In this document: positions 20,015 through 30,046 of the stretch, in pieces | How positions within the stretch are numbered: position 1 is the first letter of the stretch | Layout: each line of letters starts with the position of its first letter | DNA from: Candidatus Parcubacteria bacterium | GTDB taxonomy: Bacteria; Patescibacteriota; Saccharimonadia; UBA4664; JBIOIQ01 | Direction of reading: 5' to 3' | Assembly (NCBI GenBank): GCA_963718875.1 | Contig: OY970378.1 | Coordinates: 541,373-605,372, forward strand | DNA: 64,000 nucleotides | Made by a program: the position numbers and the translations under genes | The notes under the pieces: generated by a model | What the model was told of the DNA's origin: nothing | Databases searched by the model: none | What the model saw: the letters and a program-made list of their open reading frames with translations, nothing else

Positions 20015-20804
20015 GCGAAACGTTAGAACTGGTAGGGCTTTTTATACACGCAAGCCTTCTCCGGTCCCGAAAAAACGGGGGATACGGCCGAGCCAGGGGA
20101 GTGCAAAGTTTGGAGCTAAACTTATACTTGCTGCGTTAGTGCTGTTTGGCTTGTGGCGTTTTTTCGCTGTACAGGAAGTGGTAGTGAGAGGGAATAAAGT
20201 TATCCCTAAAAGTGATATTGAGGCCGAAATTGATGATAGCTTTAGACGTCACCAATTTTCAAAAAATTTACTTACGCTTAGTCTGGCTCCGCTTGCAAGA
20301 GAATTACTGCATGATCAGCGCTTCAGTAATGTGGTGGTTGCGAGGCGTTGGCCAAACAAGGTCGAAGTTGTAGTAACGGAGCGTCATCTGAGTGTAGTGT
20401 GGCAGAGCGCAAATCAAACTTACTTACTTGATAGCAATGGGGTAGCCGTTGTGAAGCTTGATTCGGGACCTAAGGGATTGCCGGTTATTGTTGATAGCAC
20501 TGGCTTGCTAGTAAAGGTGGGGAGTAGGGTTGCGCCTCAGCGGTTTGTACAGTTTGCCAGCGTAGTGGCGGGGGAGCTAACTCCTAGCACCGGGTTGGTT
20601 GCTACAACCTTGAGCGTACCAGATACGACAACAGAGCTTGATGTGAAGGTAAAAAATGGTTATACAATTAAGTTTGATACTCAAAGCAGGGTAGAGGATC
20701 AGTTAACAAGCTTGAAGACGGTTCTAAGCACCTTAGTAAAACTAAAAAAAACGCCTACCCAATATATTGACTTACGAATTCCCGGCAAGGCATATTACCT
20801 ATAG
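20004..20804 (+). CDS. ftsQ: Cell division protein FtsQ/DivIB (POTRA)
   Basis: N-terminal basic region + TM + POTRA-like region; end of dcw cluster. Confidence 0.6.
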   Translation: MAIKRNVRTGRAFYTRKPSPVPKKRGIRPSQGSAKFGAKLILAALVLFGLWRFFAVQEVVVRGNKVIPKSDIEAEIDDSFRRHQFSKNLLTLSLAPLARELLHDQRFSNVVVARRWPNKVEVVVTERHLSVVWQSANQTYLLDSNGVAVVKLDSGPKGLPVIVDSTGLLVKVGSRVAPQRFVQFASVVAGELTPSTGLVATTLSVPDTTTELDVKVKNGYTIKFDTQSRVEDQLTSLKTVLSTLVKLKKTPTQYIDLRIPGKAYYL

Positions 20805-20840
20805 CCCCCTCCCCTATGTTCGGTTTTTGTTTATGTAACG

Positions 20841-20866
20841 ACAGTTATTAAAACTGTTCTTTTTTT
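20841..20866 (+). terminator. Rho-independent terminator after ftsQ
   Basis: ACAGTT-attaa-AACTGT hairpin followed by TCTTTTTTT. Confidence 0.45.
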
Positions 20867-21208
20867 AAGTTTGCTGAAATTTAATAAAAACTAAATAGTT
20901 AAGAAACAAAGCTAAAAATTCAATATGAACAGATTAAATGTATTTTGGTAAATGTGATGATAAGTTAGGCGCTAGTTATTATAGGGAAGATTTACGTTGT
21001 GGGATAATAGGGGTAGTAATTAAAATAAGTAAGTATAGGGTTTAAATAAGGATAACTGCTAGTTGATAAAGGTTTAATCAGGTACAAACTATCAGCAATT
21101 ACTTAAATATAGGTATGTCGTAAAATATACATTGTGCGACATCATTGCTTGTAGGTTATTCTTTTGACCTAAGTCCTCCCTACTATCTTATTCACAAAAA
21201 GAATGTCT

Positions 21209-23986
21209 CTAGTGCCGGAGGTTGACTGTCTCGTCTGCAGCTAAGTTACTACCACTGCCAACCAGCTCCGAAGGATGTGTCTTAGAATCCACTTGACCTA
21301 CCTGCGTAGCCGTTCGAGCCATGCTTGCTGTATTTCCGTGTTCTCGGTTCCCCTCTTGCCTACTCCCCCTTTGATGCGTTGAATCTTCGGGGTTTCTAAG
21401 ACCTCCCAGGAAGGTGTTCGGTTTTTGTTCAGACGGTAATTGAATTACTCGACTATCTGGTGCGGCCGGTGCGCCTGAGCCCAGCGTAGGCGCAGACGAG
21501 GTGGTTTGTCCTGCTTCAAGTTCAGTTAAAGCGCTCAATGACCATTTAGTAATGGCCTGCTCTACGTCCTCGCGCTTGTTGGCATAACGTTGGCGGGATT
21601 GTTCAATAATTTTTTCGCTCTGATCGGCTTCAGGTGGGGGCATCATAAGCGTGGAGGCAGAAAAGGGACTAGATTTTTCACCTCCAATACTCATAGATAT
21701 AAAGACATTTTGGTTGTGTAGCTTAATAAGGTCGCCGGGTTCAAAAGTGGGCTCAAAGTACTTACCAATGACAGTGGCGTCATTCGCGCCTACTCTAAAG
21801 GTAATCATTGAACCAACGTTACCAAAAACGGCATCCCGGACGGTTTCGGGCATTTGGGATACATATTGGTTAGCAACGGTTAAGTTTAAGCCATATTTGC
21901 GAGCTTCGCTGAGGATAACGGCAAAGGAGTCGGTGGCAAAGTTTTGAAACTCGTCAACGTAAAGGTAAAACGGTCGGCGATGCTCGAGGCCGACGTTGGC
22001 GCGGCTCATGGCTGATAATTGAATTTTAGTTACCATGAGGGCTCCTAATATAGCGGCATTATCCTCGCCTACTTGCCCTCGGGATAAGTTTACTAATAAT
22101 ATTTTGCCTTCGTCCATGACCTCGCGCAAATTAAAGGCGCTTTTTGGTTGCCCAATAATGTTACGCACCAAGGGGTTGGCGGTAAAAGCCCCAACTTTGT
22201 TTAGTACAGGGGCTACTGCCTCGTTGGCAAACTTATCATTCCAAGAGGCAAACTCATTAACCCAGAAGTTCTTCACGACCGGATCCTGGACCATCTTAAT
22301 AACTTTTTTACGGAAGTCTTTCTCTGTCAGCATTCGGGTAATACCAAGCAATGTCGAGTCGGGATAATCCAACAAGGCTAAAATTGTATAACGCAAGATA
22401 TATTCTAATCTTGGGCCCCAAGAAGTAGCTTCAAACAAACGCTTTAGAACTCCCACGAGCTCAGACGAAATGTGATTTTTAAGAGTTGGGTCGGTGACCT
22501 CCATTGGGTTGAATGCAACGGGGTAATCGCGGTCGGTAGGGTTAAAGTATATAACCTCATTTACGCGGTGCTCAGGGATGTACTTCATCATATCGGTGGC
22601 GTAATCTCCGTGGGGGTCGATGATGGCAAGCCCATGGTTGTAATAGATATCAGAAAGTGTCAAAAGCTGCAGTAGAAAGGACTTACCTGCGCCGGTTTGC
22701 CCGATTATATAAAGGTGACGCCCACGGTCGCTGCGCTTAATACCAAATTTGATGCGGCTGCCGCGGAAGTTGGTTTGACCAAATAAACTTACTTCTTCGG
22801 GTTCTACTATGCCCTGCGCAGGAAGGTTTGAGGGCGGCTCCCCTGTTTTGGTGGTAGTCCAAACCAAATTAGGGGTTTCTACGCTTTTATGGGGCAAGTG
22901 GTAAAGACTGGCAAGCTCTTCGATGTTTAAGATATAACCGCTTCCCAGAAAAAGCCTAGCCCGATATTCGTCCAAGAATTCTGGTCCGTCATAGTACTTC
23001 GAAGTGGTAAACCCATTCAAGTTAGTGGTGTTAAACTGTTTAAACCCTCCAACAATGGCTTGGAGCCGTTGTTTTGCAAGTATTTGTTCTGGTCCAAGAT
23101 AAGCAATTCGGATTTTTACCTCATAGCCAAGTTTAGTAATTTTCTCTTCCACTGCTTTTACAAGTGTGCTTTGTCCGGTTGTAAGTTTCTCTTCTTTTTT
23201 CTCTTCTTTTTTCTCGCTTTTCTTTTCTCCAGGGCCGGACAGGCTTGTAATTGAATTTGTAAATATATAAAGAGGAAGTTCTAGTAATTCCTTGACAATA
23301 TCTTTAAAAAAACTGGTTGATTTCCCCCCTTTTATGGCGGCAATAAACTTCTCTCCTTTATCCTGCCATTCATCGTCGATCGGTCGGGCTAGCACTTGAA
23401 TCCACATCTCCCCTCCTATCTCCTCTAGCTTAGACAAAACAGCTGTAATTCCGGCTAGCGGATCAACCTCAAAACTTTGAAAAGTTTTTATAGGTAAAAC
23501 CTCGGGTTTTGTCAAGATAAGCTCAGTACCGAACAAAACCCGATCCCCCATTTCCACTGCCGAATAATCCTCTACGCCCTCAGATATGTTTACGTTGGGG
23601 TATTGAGCGTAGATTTGTCCTTCAATAAAATCTTTTAAGTGTTTTGGGGTCCATACGTAAAATTGAATTTGGTTGCCAACTGAGGCAATCTCAAAACTGA
23701 CATGTTCTTGCACTGAGCCTTCTTTGAGTAGTTCACTATCAGGACGCAAAATGCCATGGAGGCTTGCAAACATTTGCTCCGCCGATAGCTCCTTTTTTTC
23801 ATTCTCTCTTGGTACCTCAATGCGTAGAAGCACATGCTCTGTTTGATCAATCCAAGTAGTTTTACGGCGGTTTTGCCACGCTAGATAAGCAAAAACGCCT
23901 ACAATTACAACCCAGCCGTAAAACTTAAATATGGCTAGCCCGAGAATTTGAATAATGCTGATTATAGCTGTAAATAAAATGTCCAT
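21209..23986 (-). CDS. Type IV secretion-type P-loop ATPase (VirD4/TraG- or VirB4-like; FtsK/HerA superfamily) with N-terminal TM anchor and disordered C-terminal tail
   Basis: Walker A HLYIIGQTGAGKSFLLQ (~res 430), Walker B YLYVDEFQNF followed by ARKYGLNLTVANQ; 925 aa; internal EKKEEKKEEK low-complexity repeat (CT-rich tandem DNA repeat 23170..23240). Confidence 0.55.
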   Translation of the reverse strand: MDILFTAIISIIQILGLAIFKFYGWVVIVGVFAYLAWQNRRKTTWIDQTEHVLLRIEVPRENEKKELSAEQMFASLHGILRPDSELLKEGSVQEHVSFEIASVGNQIQFYVWTPKHLKDFIEGQIYAQYPNVNISEGVEDYSAVEMGDRVLFGTELILTKPEVLPIKTFQSFEVDPLAGITAVLSKLEEIGGEMWIQVLARPIDDEWQDKGEKFIAAIKGGKSTSFFKDIVKELLELPLYIFTNSITSLSGPGEKKSEKKEEKKEEKLTTGQSTLVKAVEEKITKLGYEVKIRIAYLGPEQILAKQRLQAIVGGFKQFNTTNLNGFTTSKYYDGPEFLDEYRARLFLGSGYILNIEELASLYHLPHKSVETPNLVWTTTKTGEPPSNLPAQGIVEPEEVSLFGQTNFRGSRIKFGIKRSDRGRHLYIIGQTGAGKSFLLQLLTLSDIYYNHGLAIIDPHGDYATDMMKYIPEHRVNEVIYFNPTDRDYPVAFNPMEVTDPTLKNHISSELVGVLKRLFEATSWGPRLEYILRYTILALLDYPDSTLLGITRMLTEKDFRKKVIKMVQDPVVKNFWVNEFASWNDKFANEAVAPVLNKVGAFTANPLVRNIIGQPKSAFNLREVMDEGKILLVNLSRGQVGEDNAAILGALMVTKIQLSAMSRANVGLEHRRPFYLYVDEFQNFATDSFAVILSEARKYGLNLTVANQYVSQMPETVRDAVFGNVGSMITFRVGANDATVIGKYFEPTFEPGDLIKLHNQNVFISMSIGGEKSSPFSASTLMMPPPEADQSEKIIEQSRQRYANKREDVEQAITKWSLSALTELEAGQTTSSAPTLGSGAPAAPDSRVIQLPSEQKPNTFLGGLRNPEDSTHQRGSRQEGNREHGNTASMARTATQVGQVDSKTHPSELVGSGSNLAADETVNLRH

Positions 23987-24038
23987 AGTACCCTCTTATT
24001 ATAAGGCCGCGACAAGTACTAAATGCAAGCTATAAAGG

Positions 24039-25082
24039 CTAAGCTTGTTCTTTTAGTTTGTAAGTAGCCTTGGCAACGCGTACAAAATGATCTTTTTCTT
24101 GAAGGTTTAAAATGACAGTAGTCGTTTTAACCTGGCGCCGCTTTAGTACTCGTTTGACGATTTCATCTTTATGTAAAGGATATTCTTCGCGTAAGACTTC
24201 AATAATAATATCCGCTACGGTGCCAGCAGTATAGCCCCATTCGGCCAAAGCATAGATTCCGCGGCCGATAAGAATGAATCGACTGTCTTTAATGAGCTCA
24301 TTGTGAACGGCCTGAACAGTGACATCGCGACGCGCAAAATTTGATGTTTTGATGTGCTCTGAAATTTCGCTAAAGTGCATTGGTTTGGCGTGCTTAGTAA
24401 GAACCAGGTACGTTTTGTCGCGAATACTTTTGGGGTTAACTTCTGGCCAGCTGATAAGACCCCATTGCGTTTCGTGGTGGGCTAATTGCTTTGCAATACT
24501 TGCAATGTTCGCTAGGGCGGCTTCAGGAACTCTGACGGAGATCTTTTCACCCAATTTCTTTAAAAGCAAAGGTTTGCCGTGGGTCTTGGCGGCTTCAACG
24601 AGTTGATTAATAATTTCGCGCACTTTGACCGTTGGGTACTCTGATGTTTGACTAAGGGCGCTGCGTAGTTGTTCGTCCTCGTCTATTACTGTAATGCCGT
24701 GAGCAAGAGTTGATAAAAACACAATATAGGCACGTTCAGCTGGGGTGGGGGCCCCCAATTTGGAGGCAATTTTTTCGGTAGAAGCCAAGCCGCCTTGTTG
24801 TTCTAACTCATTATGTATAAGGGCGGCGACTTGTTTGGTTTCGGCTAGATTTTGTTGAGAGAGTTTGATTAAAGTGGTCTTCTCAATCTGTCGTACGCGT
24901 TCGCGGGTTATACCAAAGCTCGCGCCAATTTGTTCAAGTGTTTGACGTGCAGGCATATCAAAGCCAAACCGTCTGGCAATGATCTGTCGATCACGGTCGC
25001 GTTTTAGGGTTTTTAATATAGCACTGCTAGCGGTGCGGTAATCAAAAGTTGTTATGGCGGTTGGGGTAGTTGCGTTTGTCAT
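24039..25082 (-). CDS. DNA-binding protein: N-terminal sigma-70 region-4-like HTH plus C-terminal HARE-HTH-like winged helix
   Basis: IIARRFGFDMPARQTLEQIGASFGITRERVRQIEKTTLIKL (region 4 signature); C-terminal ...RFILIGRGIYALAEWGY (HARE-HTH signature). Confidence 0.5.
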   Translation of the reverse strand: MTNATTPTAITTFDYRTASSAILKTLKRDRDRQIIARRFGFDMPARQTLEQIGASFGITRERVRQIEKTTLIKLSQQNLAETKQVAALIHNELEQQGGLASTEKIASKLGAPTPAERAYIVFLSTLAHGITVIDEDEQLRSALSQTSEYPTVKVREIINQLVEAAKTHGKPLLLKKLGEKISVRVPEAALANIASIAKQLAHHETQWGLISWPEVNPKSIRDKTYLVLTKHAKPMHFSEISEHIKTSNFARRDVTVQAVHNELIKDSRFILIGRGIYALAEWGYTAGTVADIIIEVLREEYPLHKDEIVKRVLKRRQVKTTTVILNLQEKDHFVRVAKATYKLKEQA

Positions 25083-25093
25083 ATTTTTTCTCT

Positions 25094-25130
25094 TGGTCTA
25101 AATTATAAAACAACTATACTTTAGTGTCAA
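25094..25130 (-). promoter_or_regulatory. Near-consensus sigma-70 promoter for 24039..25082
   Basis: Minus strand TTGACA (complement of 25125..25130), 17-nt spacer, TATAAT (complement of 25102..25107), ~20 nt before the ATG. Confidence 0.55.
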
Positions 25131-25187
25131 CAACTTTATGAAACTTTTTTTAAATGACTCAAGGTTTTGCGTATCTAAAGTGCGGTT

Positions 25188-27557
25188 TTAAGGTGCGCAG
25201 AAAAACTTTTTACAATCTGCAGGGTTTTGATTAGGGCTGTTTATTGATCCAGAATTTTCCGGCGGTATTGGTTTGTTATCCTCAATCTTTGGCTCTGGAG
25301 TAGGAGTAGTGGGTGGCGGTGGTGGAGGTGGCGGGCTTGAAGAACACTTTTTGGTTGGAATAAGTTCATTAGGGACAAGCTCAGTCACGGTATTTGCGTC
25401 CCAGGGGTTTGCTAGCCCGCCATCTCGCTTACAAAGCTTTACGCTAGTCATACCGCTCGGTTGCTCGAAGGGGCTTACCGGGGTTCCCGCTAGAACTGCT
25501 TCCATATAATCATGCCAGATGGGAGCAGCGCCGGTAATACCATCAACATTACTCATAGGCGAGTTATCAGCATTTCCTGCCCAGGTTACCGTTACGACGT
25601 CAGGTGTGTATCCAGCGGTCCAGTTATCACGAAAGTCTGTAGTGGTACCGGTTTTGGCAGCAGCTGGACGTGATAGGTGCAGCGGACTATTTAGACCAAA
25701 CTCGAGTTTACGGGCGTTATCATCACTTAAAACACTGGTTAGCATAGCAACATGGCGAGGATCTATTAGTTGCCTGCTGGTTGCTGTGGGTTTTTTTGTC
25801 ATATCTTTTCCGTTTCGATCCAAAACTTTTTGGACAGCAACAGGGGTGACGCTTTTGCCGCGGTTGGCAAATACCCCGTAAGCTGCGGCTAGGTCAAGCA
25901 TTTTTACTTCTCCTGAGCCCAGGGCCATACTTAATCCATAAGATGCAGGATCTTTACGCATGGTAGTGATGCCTAGAGTATGCATAGTATTTAAAGTATC
26001 GGGTATACCGGCATGTTCCAGAACGTGGATGGCCGGAATATTTAGTGAATTTCCGAGTGCTTCACGGATAGTAATTTTTCCGCGCCACTTCATATCATAA
26101 TTATTGGGTTGATAAACTTCAGTTGCGCTTCGGTAGGTTACGGGAAGGTCATCAACTATGGTGGCGGGAGTGTAGCCTTTATTGAAGGCTGTTATATAGA
26201 CAAGAGGTTTTATTGAGGAGCCTGGTTGCCTTAACGCAGTAGTCATATTGATAGCTCCGAAGTTGGGATCGTTATAGTTGGCGCTGCCCACCATAGCTAA
26301 AACTTCACCGGTTTTAGGGTCGAGCGAGACAAGGGCTCCATTGGTGACATGACGGTTGGTTAGGCGGCTAATTTGGGATGAGACTGTTTTTTCGGCAAGT
26401 GTTTGTTTGGTTAAATCAAGGGTGGTGTAGACTGTTAGGCCGCCTGTCTTAATAACATCGTCTCCGTATTGATCCCTGAGTTGGTCTAGCACATAAAACA
26501 CAAAGCTTGGTGCTTCGATATTGATTTGACGTGGGAAAGCTGTAAGCGGCTCGCTCTTAGCTGCTTCTTCCTCAGCTACTGAGATAAAGCCCAATGATTG
26601 CATTCGATCAAGCACAAAATTCCGTCGTGCTTTAGCTAAGTTCGGGTCTTGAGTTGGATCAAACCGGCTTGGACCGAGCGGTAGCCCTGCGAGCATAGCG
26701 CTTTGGCTTAAAGATAAGTGTTGAACGTCCGTGTTGAAATATATTTGAGCAGCTGCACCTACCCCGTAAGATCCTTGGCCGTAATAAATGCCGTTGAGAT
26801 ACATCCCCATGATTTCATCTTTAGTGTATTGGTTTTCAAGCTCATTTGCTAAAATTACTTCTTGAGCTTTACGCAATAAATTTCCTTCGGGTGCCACTAA
26901 GGTGTTTTTTATTAATTGTTGGGTTAGAGTTGAGCCTCCTTCAACTGCTCCCCGATGAAGAATGTTTTTGTAGATAGCTCGGGCTGTACCTCGTATAGAA
27001 ATAGCTGTTTGTTCATAAAACTTCGGGTCTTCAGCAGCTAAGGTGGCATTAATAAGACTTTTTGGTACGTCGCTGGTCTCAACTTGAACTCGAGTACTTG
27101 CTCCATAAACTTGGAATAAAGTTTTTCCGTTACGGTCGAGAATTGTGGTGCCCGTGTTTTGGTTGTTTAGTAAGGCTTTTGGGTCACTTATAAACCCAGC
27201 GTATTTAGCATAAGTGTTGTCGATAAATGACAGGCCTAGCATGCAGGTTGCGGAGACACTAGCTACAAATAGCCAATAATATATTCTGCGCGCGGGTTTA
27301 CCGACGGCTGCACGTGCAATCTTTTTGGTCATAAACCAAGCGTCACGACCTAAAGCTTTGGCGTCAGAAATGAGGTTATCGAGTGCTTCTTGGTTAATCC
27401 ACTCTGGCGACTCTCCCTCAATTGTTGAAATCGGTTTTTCGGTTAATGTTTTAGGGTAAAGACCAGGTAAATTTGTTGTAAGTGTTTCAAAAAAAAGATT
27501 TTGCCCTTTACGGGTAGGTTTTGTTAGATGCGAGTTGTTGGTTTTTTTCTTGCCCAT
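25188..27557 (-). CDS. mrcA: Class A penicillin-binding protein (PBP1A; transglycosylase + transpeptidase), Pro-rich C-terminal tail
   Basis: GT51 motif GGSTLTQQLIKN, SxxK/SxN/KTG transpeptidase motifs, N-terminal TM; likely start MGKKKTNN (27557) rather than track start 27617. Confidence 0.8.
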   Translation of the reverse strand: MGKKKTNNSHLTKPTRKGQNLFFETLTTNLPGLYPKTLTEKPISTIEGESPEWINQEALDNLISDAKALGRDAWFMTKKIARAAVGKPARRIYYWLFVASVSATCMLGLSFIDNTYAKYAGFISDPKALLNNQNTGTTILDRNGKTLFQVYGASTRVQVETSDVPKSLINATLAAEDPKFYEQTAISIRGTARAIYKNILHRGAVEGGSTLTQQLIKNTLVAPEGNLLRKAQEVILANELENQYTKDEIMGMYLNGIYYGQGSYGVGAAAQIYFNTDVQHLSLSQSAMLAGLPLGPSRFDPTQDPNLAKARRNFVLDRMQSLGFISVAEEEAAKSEPLTAFPRQINIEAPSFVFYVLDQLRDQYGDDVIKTGGLTVYTTLDLTKQTLAEKTVSSQISRLTNRHVTNGALVSLDPKTGEVLAMVGSANYNDPNFGAINMTTALRQPGSSIKPLVYITAFNKGYTPATIVDDLPVTYRSATEVYQPNNYDMKWRGKITIREALGNSLNIPAIHVLEHAGIPDTLNTMHTLGITTMRKDPASYGLSMALGSGEVKMLDLAAAYGVFANRGKSVTPVAVQKVLDRNGKDMTKKPTATSRQLIDPRHVAMLTSVLSDDNARKLEFGLNSPLHLSRPAAAKTGTTTDFRDNWTAGYTPDVVTVTWAGNADNSPMSNVDGITGAAPIWHDYMEAVLAGTPVSPFEQPSGMTSVKLCKRDGGLANPWDANTVTELVPNELIPTKKCSSSPPPPPPPPTTPTPEPKIEDNKPIPPENSGSINSPNQNPADCKKFFCAP

Positions 27558-27672
27558 AATGAAAGTATAAGTATAAGAGTGCTTTAAGCTGTTGGCAATT
27601 ATAACAAAAAAATCCAAAAATTTGTAACTCTTTTGGAGCTTCAGCCAAATCAGTTTTGTAATTTAATACAAT

Positions 27673-29994
27673 TTAAGAGGGTTTATAAAGACGTTTTCGA
27701 ATCCGTTTTTTAGCTGGAGCTTCCGCAAGCAGTTTTTGACAATTTTTGAGAGTTAATTTTTCCGGTTCGGTCCCTTTGGGAATTTTGACATTTTTCTTTC
27801 CATCGCTAACATAGGGTCCGTAACGGCCGTTTAAAACTGCTATTGGACTGTTTTCAAATGTTTTTATGCTTTTTTCAGCTTCGCTGCGTTGCTTTTCCGA
27901 GGCAAGCTCTTGGGCGCGTTCGACCGTAATACTGAAAGGGTCGTCTGGTTTTATTGATACATACAGTGAACCAAACTTGATGTAAGGTCCAAAGCGGCCG
28001 TTGTTGGTGAGTATATCCTGTCCGTCACTGGTTTTTCCAACAAAGCGAGGGAGTTTAAATAATGCTAGAGCCTCATTTAAAGTAACGGTTTCAAGTTTTT
28101 GTCCAGCCGGGATAGCAGCAAACTGGGGTTTCTCGTCGTCTTCGGCATGGCCAAGTTGGACCATGGGGCCATAACGCCCTAAACGAGCTATTACCGGCTT
28201 ACCTGTTTTAGGGTCTTTGCCTAGTTCTCTAGCCTGAGAAGCTTCTTCTCTTGAAACTGATTCAGTTTCGGTTACGGTTTTATGAAATGGGCCATAAAAC
28301 TCGGCAATCATCTTGTTCCAAGCTTTTTTACCGTCTGCAATATCGTCGAATTCCTCTTCGACTTTGGCCGTAAAATGGTAATCTACTATTTCAGGTACGT
28401 ATTTAACCAGAAAATCACTTACGAGTGACCCCACCGTGGTCGGTACGAGCTTGTTTTTATCGGCACCGGTGGTTTCAATCTCTGTTCGCTGAGTTATTTT
28501 ACTCTTTTCGAGACGCAAAATTATAAGTGCTCGTTCTACTCCTTCTAGGTCAACCTTTTCCACGTAGCCGCGGTCTTGAATGGTAGATATGGTGGGAGCA
28601 TAAGTTGATGGTCTGCCAATCCCCTCCTCCTCCAATTTTTTTACTAGGCTAGCCTCGGTATAACGAGGCTTAGGACGGTCGTAAACCTGAGAGGCTTCAA
28701 TTGCTTCCGCTATCATTTTTTGATCGATCTTTAGGGGGGGTAAAATTTTATTGTCTTGGTTTTCGTCATCATCTGTGTCTTCAAAGTAAACTTTTAAAAA
28801 ACCATCGAAAACAATCATTTCCCCCTTGGCGATAAATATTTCAGGGTGGTCCGAAATTGAAATAACTGCTTGAGTTTTTTCGAGCAGTGCGTCTGCCATT
28901 TGAGAGGCCAACGTGCGTTTCCATATTAGCTCGTAAAGCCGTTGTTGGTTACGATCAGCTCCTGCTGCGGACTGATTTAGATTGGTGGGACGAATAGCTT
29001 CATGGGCTTCTTGGGCTCCAGCCGACTTGGTTTTGAAGGTGCGAGTTTGAGCGTAAGTAGGGCCGTAATTTTTGGTTATTGTAGAGGCAGCTTGTTGGAC
29101 GGCTTGTGTGCTGAGGTTTAAAGAATCGGTACGCATATAAGTAATGTGCCCTTCTTCGTATAATCGTTGGGCCAAAACCATGGTTTGGCGAACGGAAAAC
29201 CCGAGCTTGCGGCTGGCTTCTTGTTGTAGGGTTGAGGTAGTAAAGGGCGCGGAAGGTGAACGCTTGGAAGGTTTCGTGTCGAGACTGGTAACCTTAAAAC
29301 TGGCATTTTTGATAGATTCAAGAAATTTTTGCGCTTGGTGCTCATCTGCAAAACGTTGTGGGAGCTCAGCCTTAAGGGTACCTTTATCAAGCGTGAAGAT
29401 TGCAGTTACTTTAAAATTGCTCTTGGCTTTAAAATTTTCGATCTCCCGCTCGCGCTCAACTATTAAACGGACAGCTACTGACTGAACTCGCCCGGCCGAT
29501 AACCCCGGCTGAACTTTTTTCCATAAAACCGGTGAAAGCTCATAGCCTACTAGCCGATCTAAGACTCGGCGTGCTTGTTGTGCGTCTACAAGATGTTGGT
29601 CGACTGTGCGCGGATTATCGATGGCGTGCTTGATGGCAGACTCAGTTATTTCGTGAAAAACGATACGCTTTGTGTTGGCACTGTTGAGACCAAGGGCCAT
29701 ACATAGGTGCCAAGCAATGGCCTCCCCTTCACGATCTTCATCACTAGCTAGCCAAACAGTGGTAGCGTCTTTGGCTAGCTTTTTTAGTTCGTTTACGACC
29801 TTCTTTTTTTCGGCCGAAACCTCATAAGTTGGATCAAAATTGTGTTCAATATCAATAGACATGCCTTTCTTGGGTAGGTCGCGAACATGTCCATAGCTGG
29901 CGGCAACATGATAGTCTTTGCCAAGGTATTTTTCAATGGTCTTAGCCTTAGCTGGCGACTCAACGATTACGAGATTCTTTGGTTTCTGTGACAT
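27673..29994 (-). CDS. topA: DNA topoisomerase I
   Basis: TOPRIM N-terminus LVIVESPAKAKTIEKYLG, active-site Tyr region, C-terminal GRFGPY/GRYGPY repeats. Confidence 0.9.
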   Translation of the reverse strand: MSQKPKNLVIVESPAKAKTIEKYLGKDYHVAASYGHVRDLPKKGMSIDIEHNFDPTYEVSAEKKKVVNELKKLAKDATTVWLASDEDREGEAIAWHLCMALGLNSANTKRIVFHEITESAIKHAIDNPRTVDQHLVDAQQARRVLDRLVGYELSPVLWKKVQPGLSAGRVQSVAVRLIVEREREIENFKAKSNFKVTAIFTLDKGTLKAELPQRFADEHQAQKFLESIKNASFKVTSLDTKPSKRSPSAPFTTSTLQQEASRKLGFSVRQTMVLAQRLYEEGHITYMRTDSLNLSTQAVQQAASTITKNYGPTYAQTRTFKTKSAGAQEAHEAIRPTNLNQSAAGADRNQQRLYELIWKRTLASQMADALLEKTQAVISISDHPEIFIAKGEMIVFDGFLKVYFEDTDDDENQDNKILPPLKIDQKMIAEAIEASQVYDRPKPRYTEASLVKKLEEEGIGRPSTYAPTISTIQDRGYVEKVDLEGVERALIILRLEKSKITQRTEIETTGADKNKLVPTTVGSLVSDFLVKYVPEIVDYHFTAKVEEEFDDIADGKKAWNKMIAEFYGPFHKTVTETESVSREEASQARELGKDPKTGKPVIARLGRYGPMVQLGHAEDDEKPQFAAIPAGQKLETVTLNEALALFKLPRFVGKTSDGQDILTNNGRFGPYIKFGSLYVSIKPDDPFSITVERAQELASEKQRSEAEKSIKTFENSPIAVLNGRYGPYVSDGKKNVKIPKGTEPEKLTLKNCQKLLAEAPAKKRIRKRLYKPS

Positions 29995-30046
29995 ACCGTT
30001 ATCATGCTAAAGACTTTTAGGGATTATGCAAGGCAACTTTTTGCAA

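Noticed and set aside
20867-21208. 400-bp AT-rich convergent gap after ftsQ as a possible ncRNA or island junction
   Set aside because: Beyond the ftsQ terminator I found only weak hairpins and no promoter/terminator pair or repeat structure; noted in context only.
21651-23254. Several + strand ORFs (60-110 aa) inside the T4SS ATPase gene
   Set aside because: Antisense to a well-supported 925-aa gene with Walker motifs; typical shadow ORFs.
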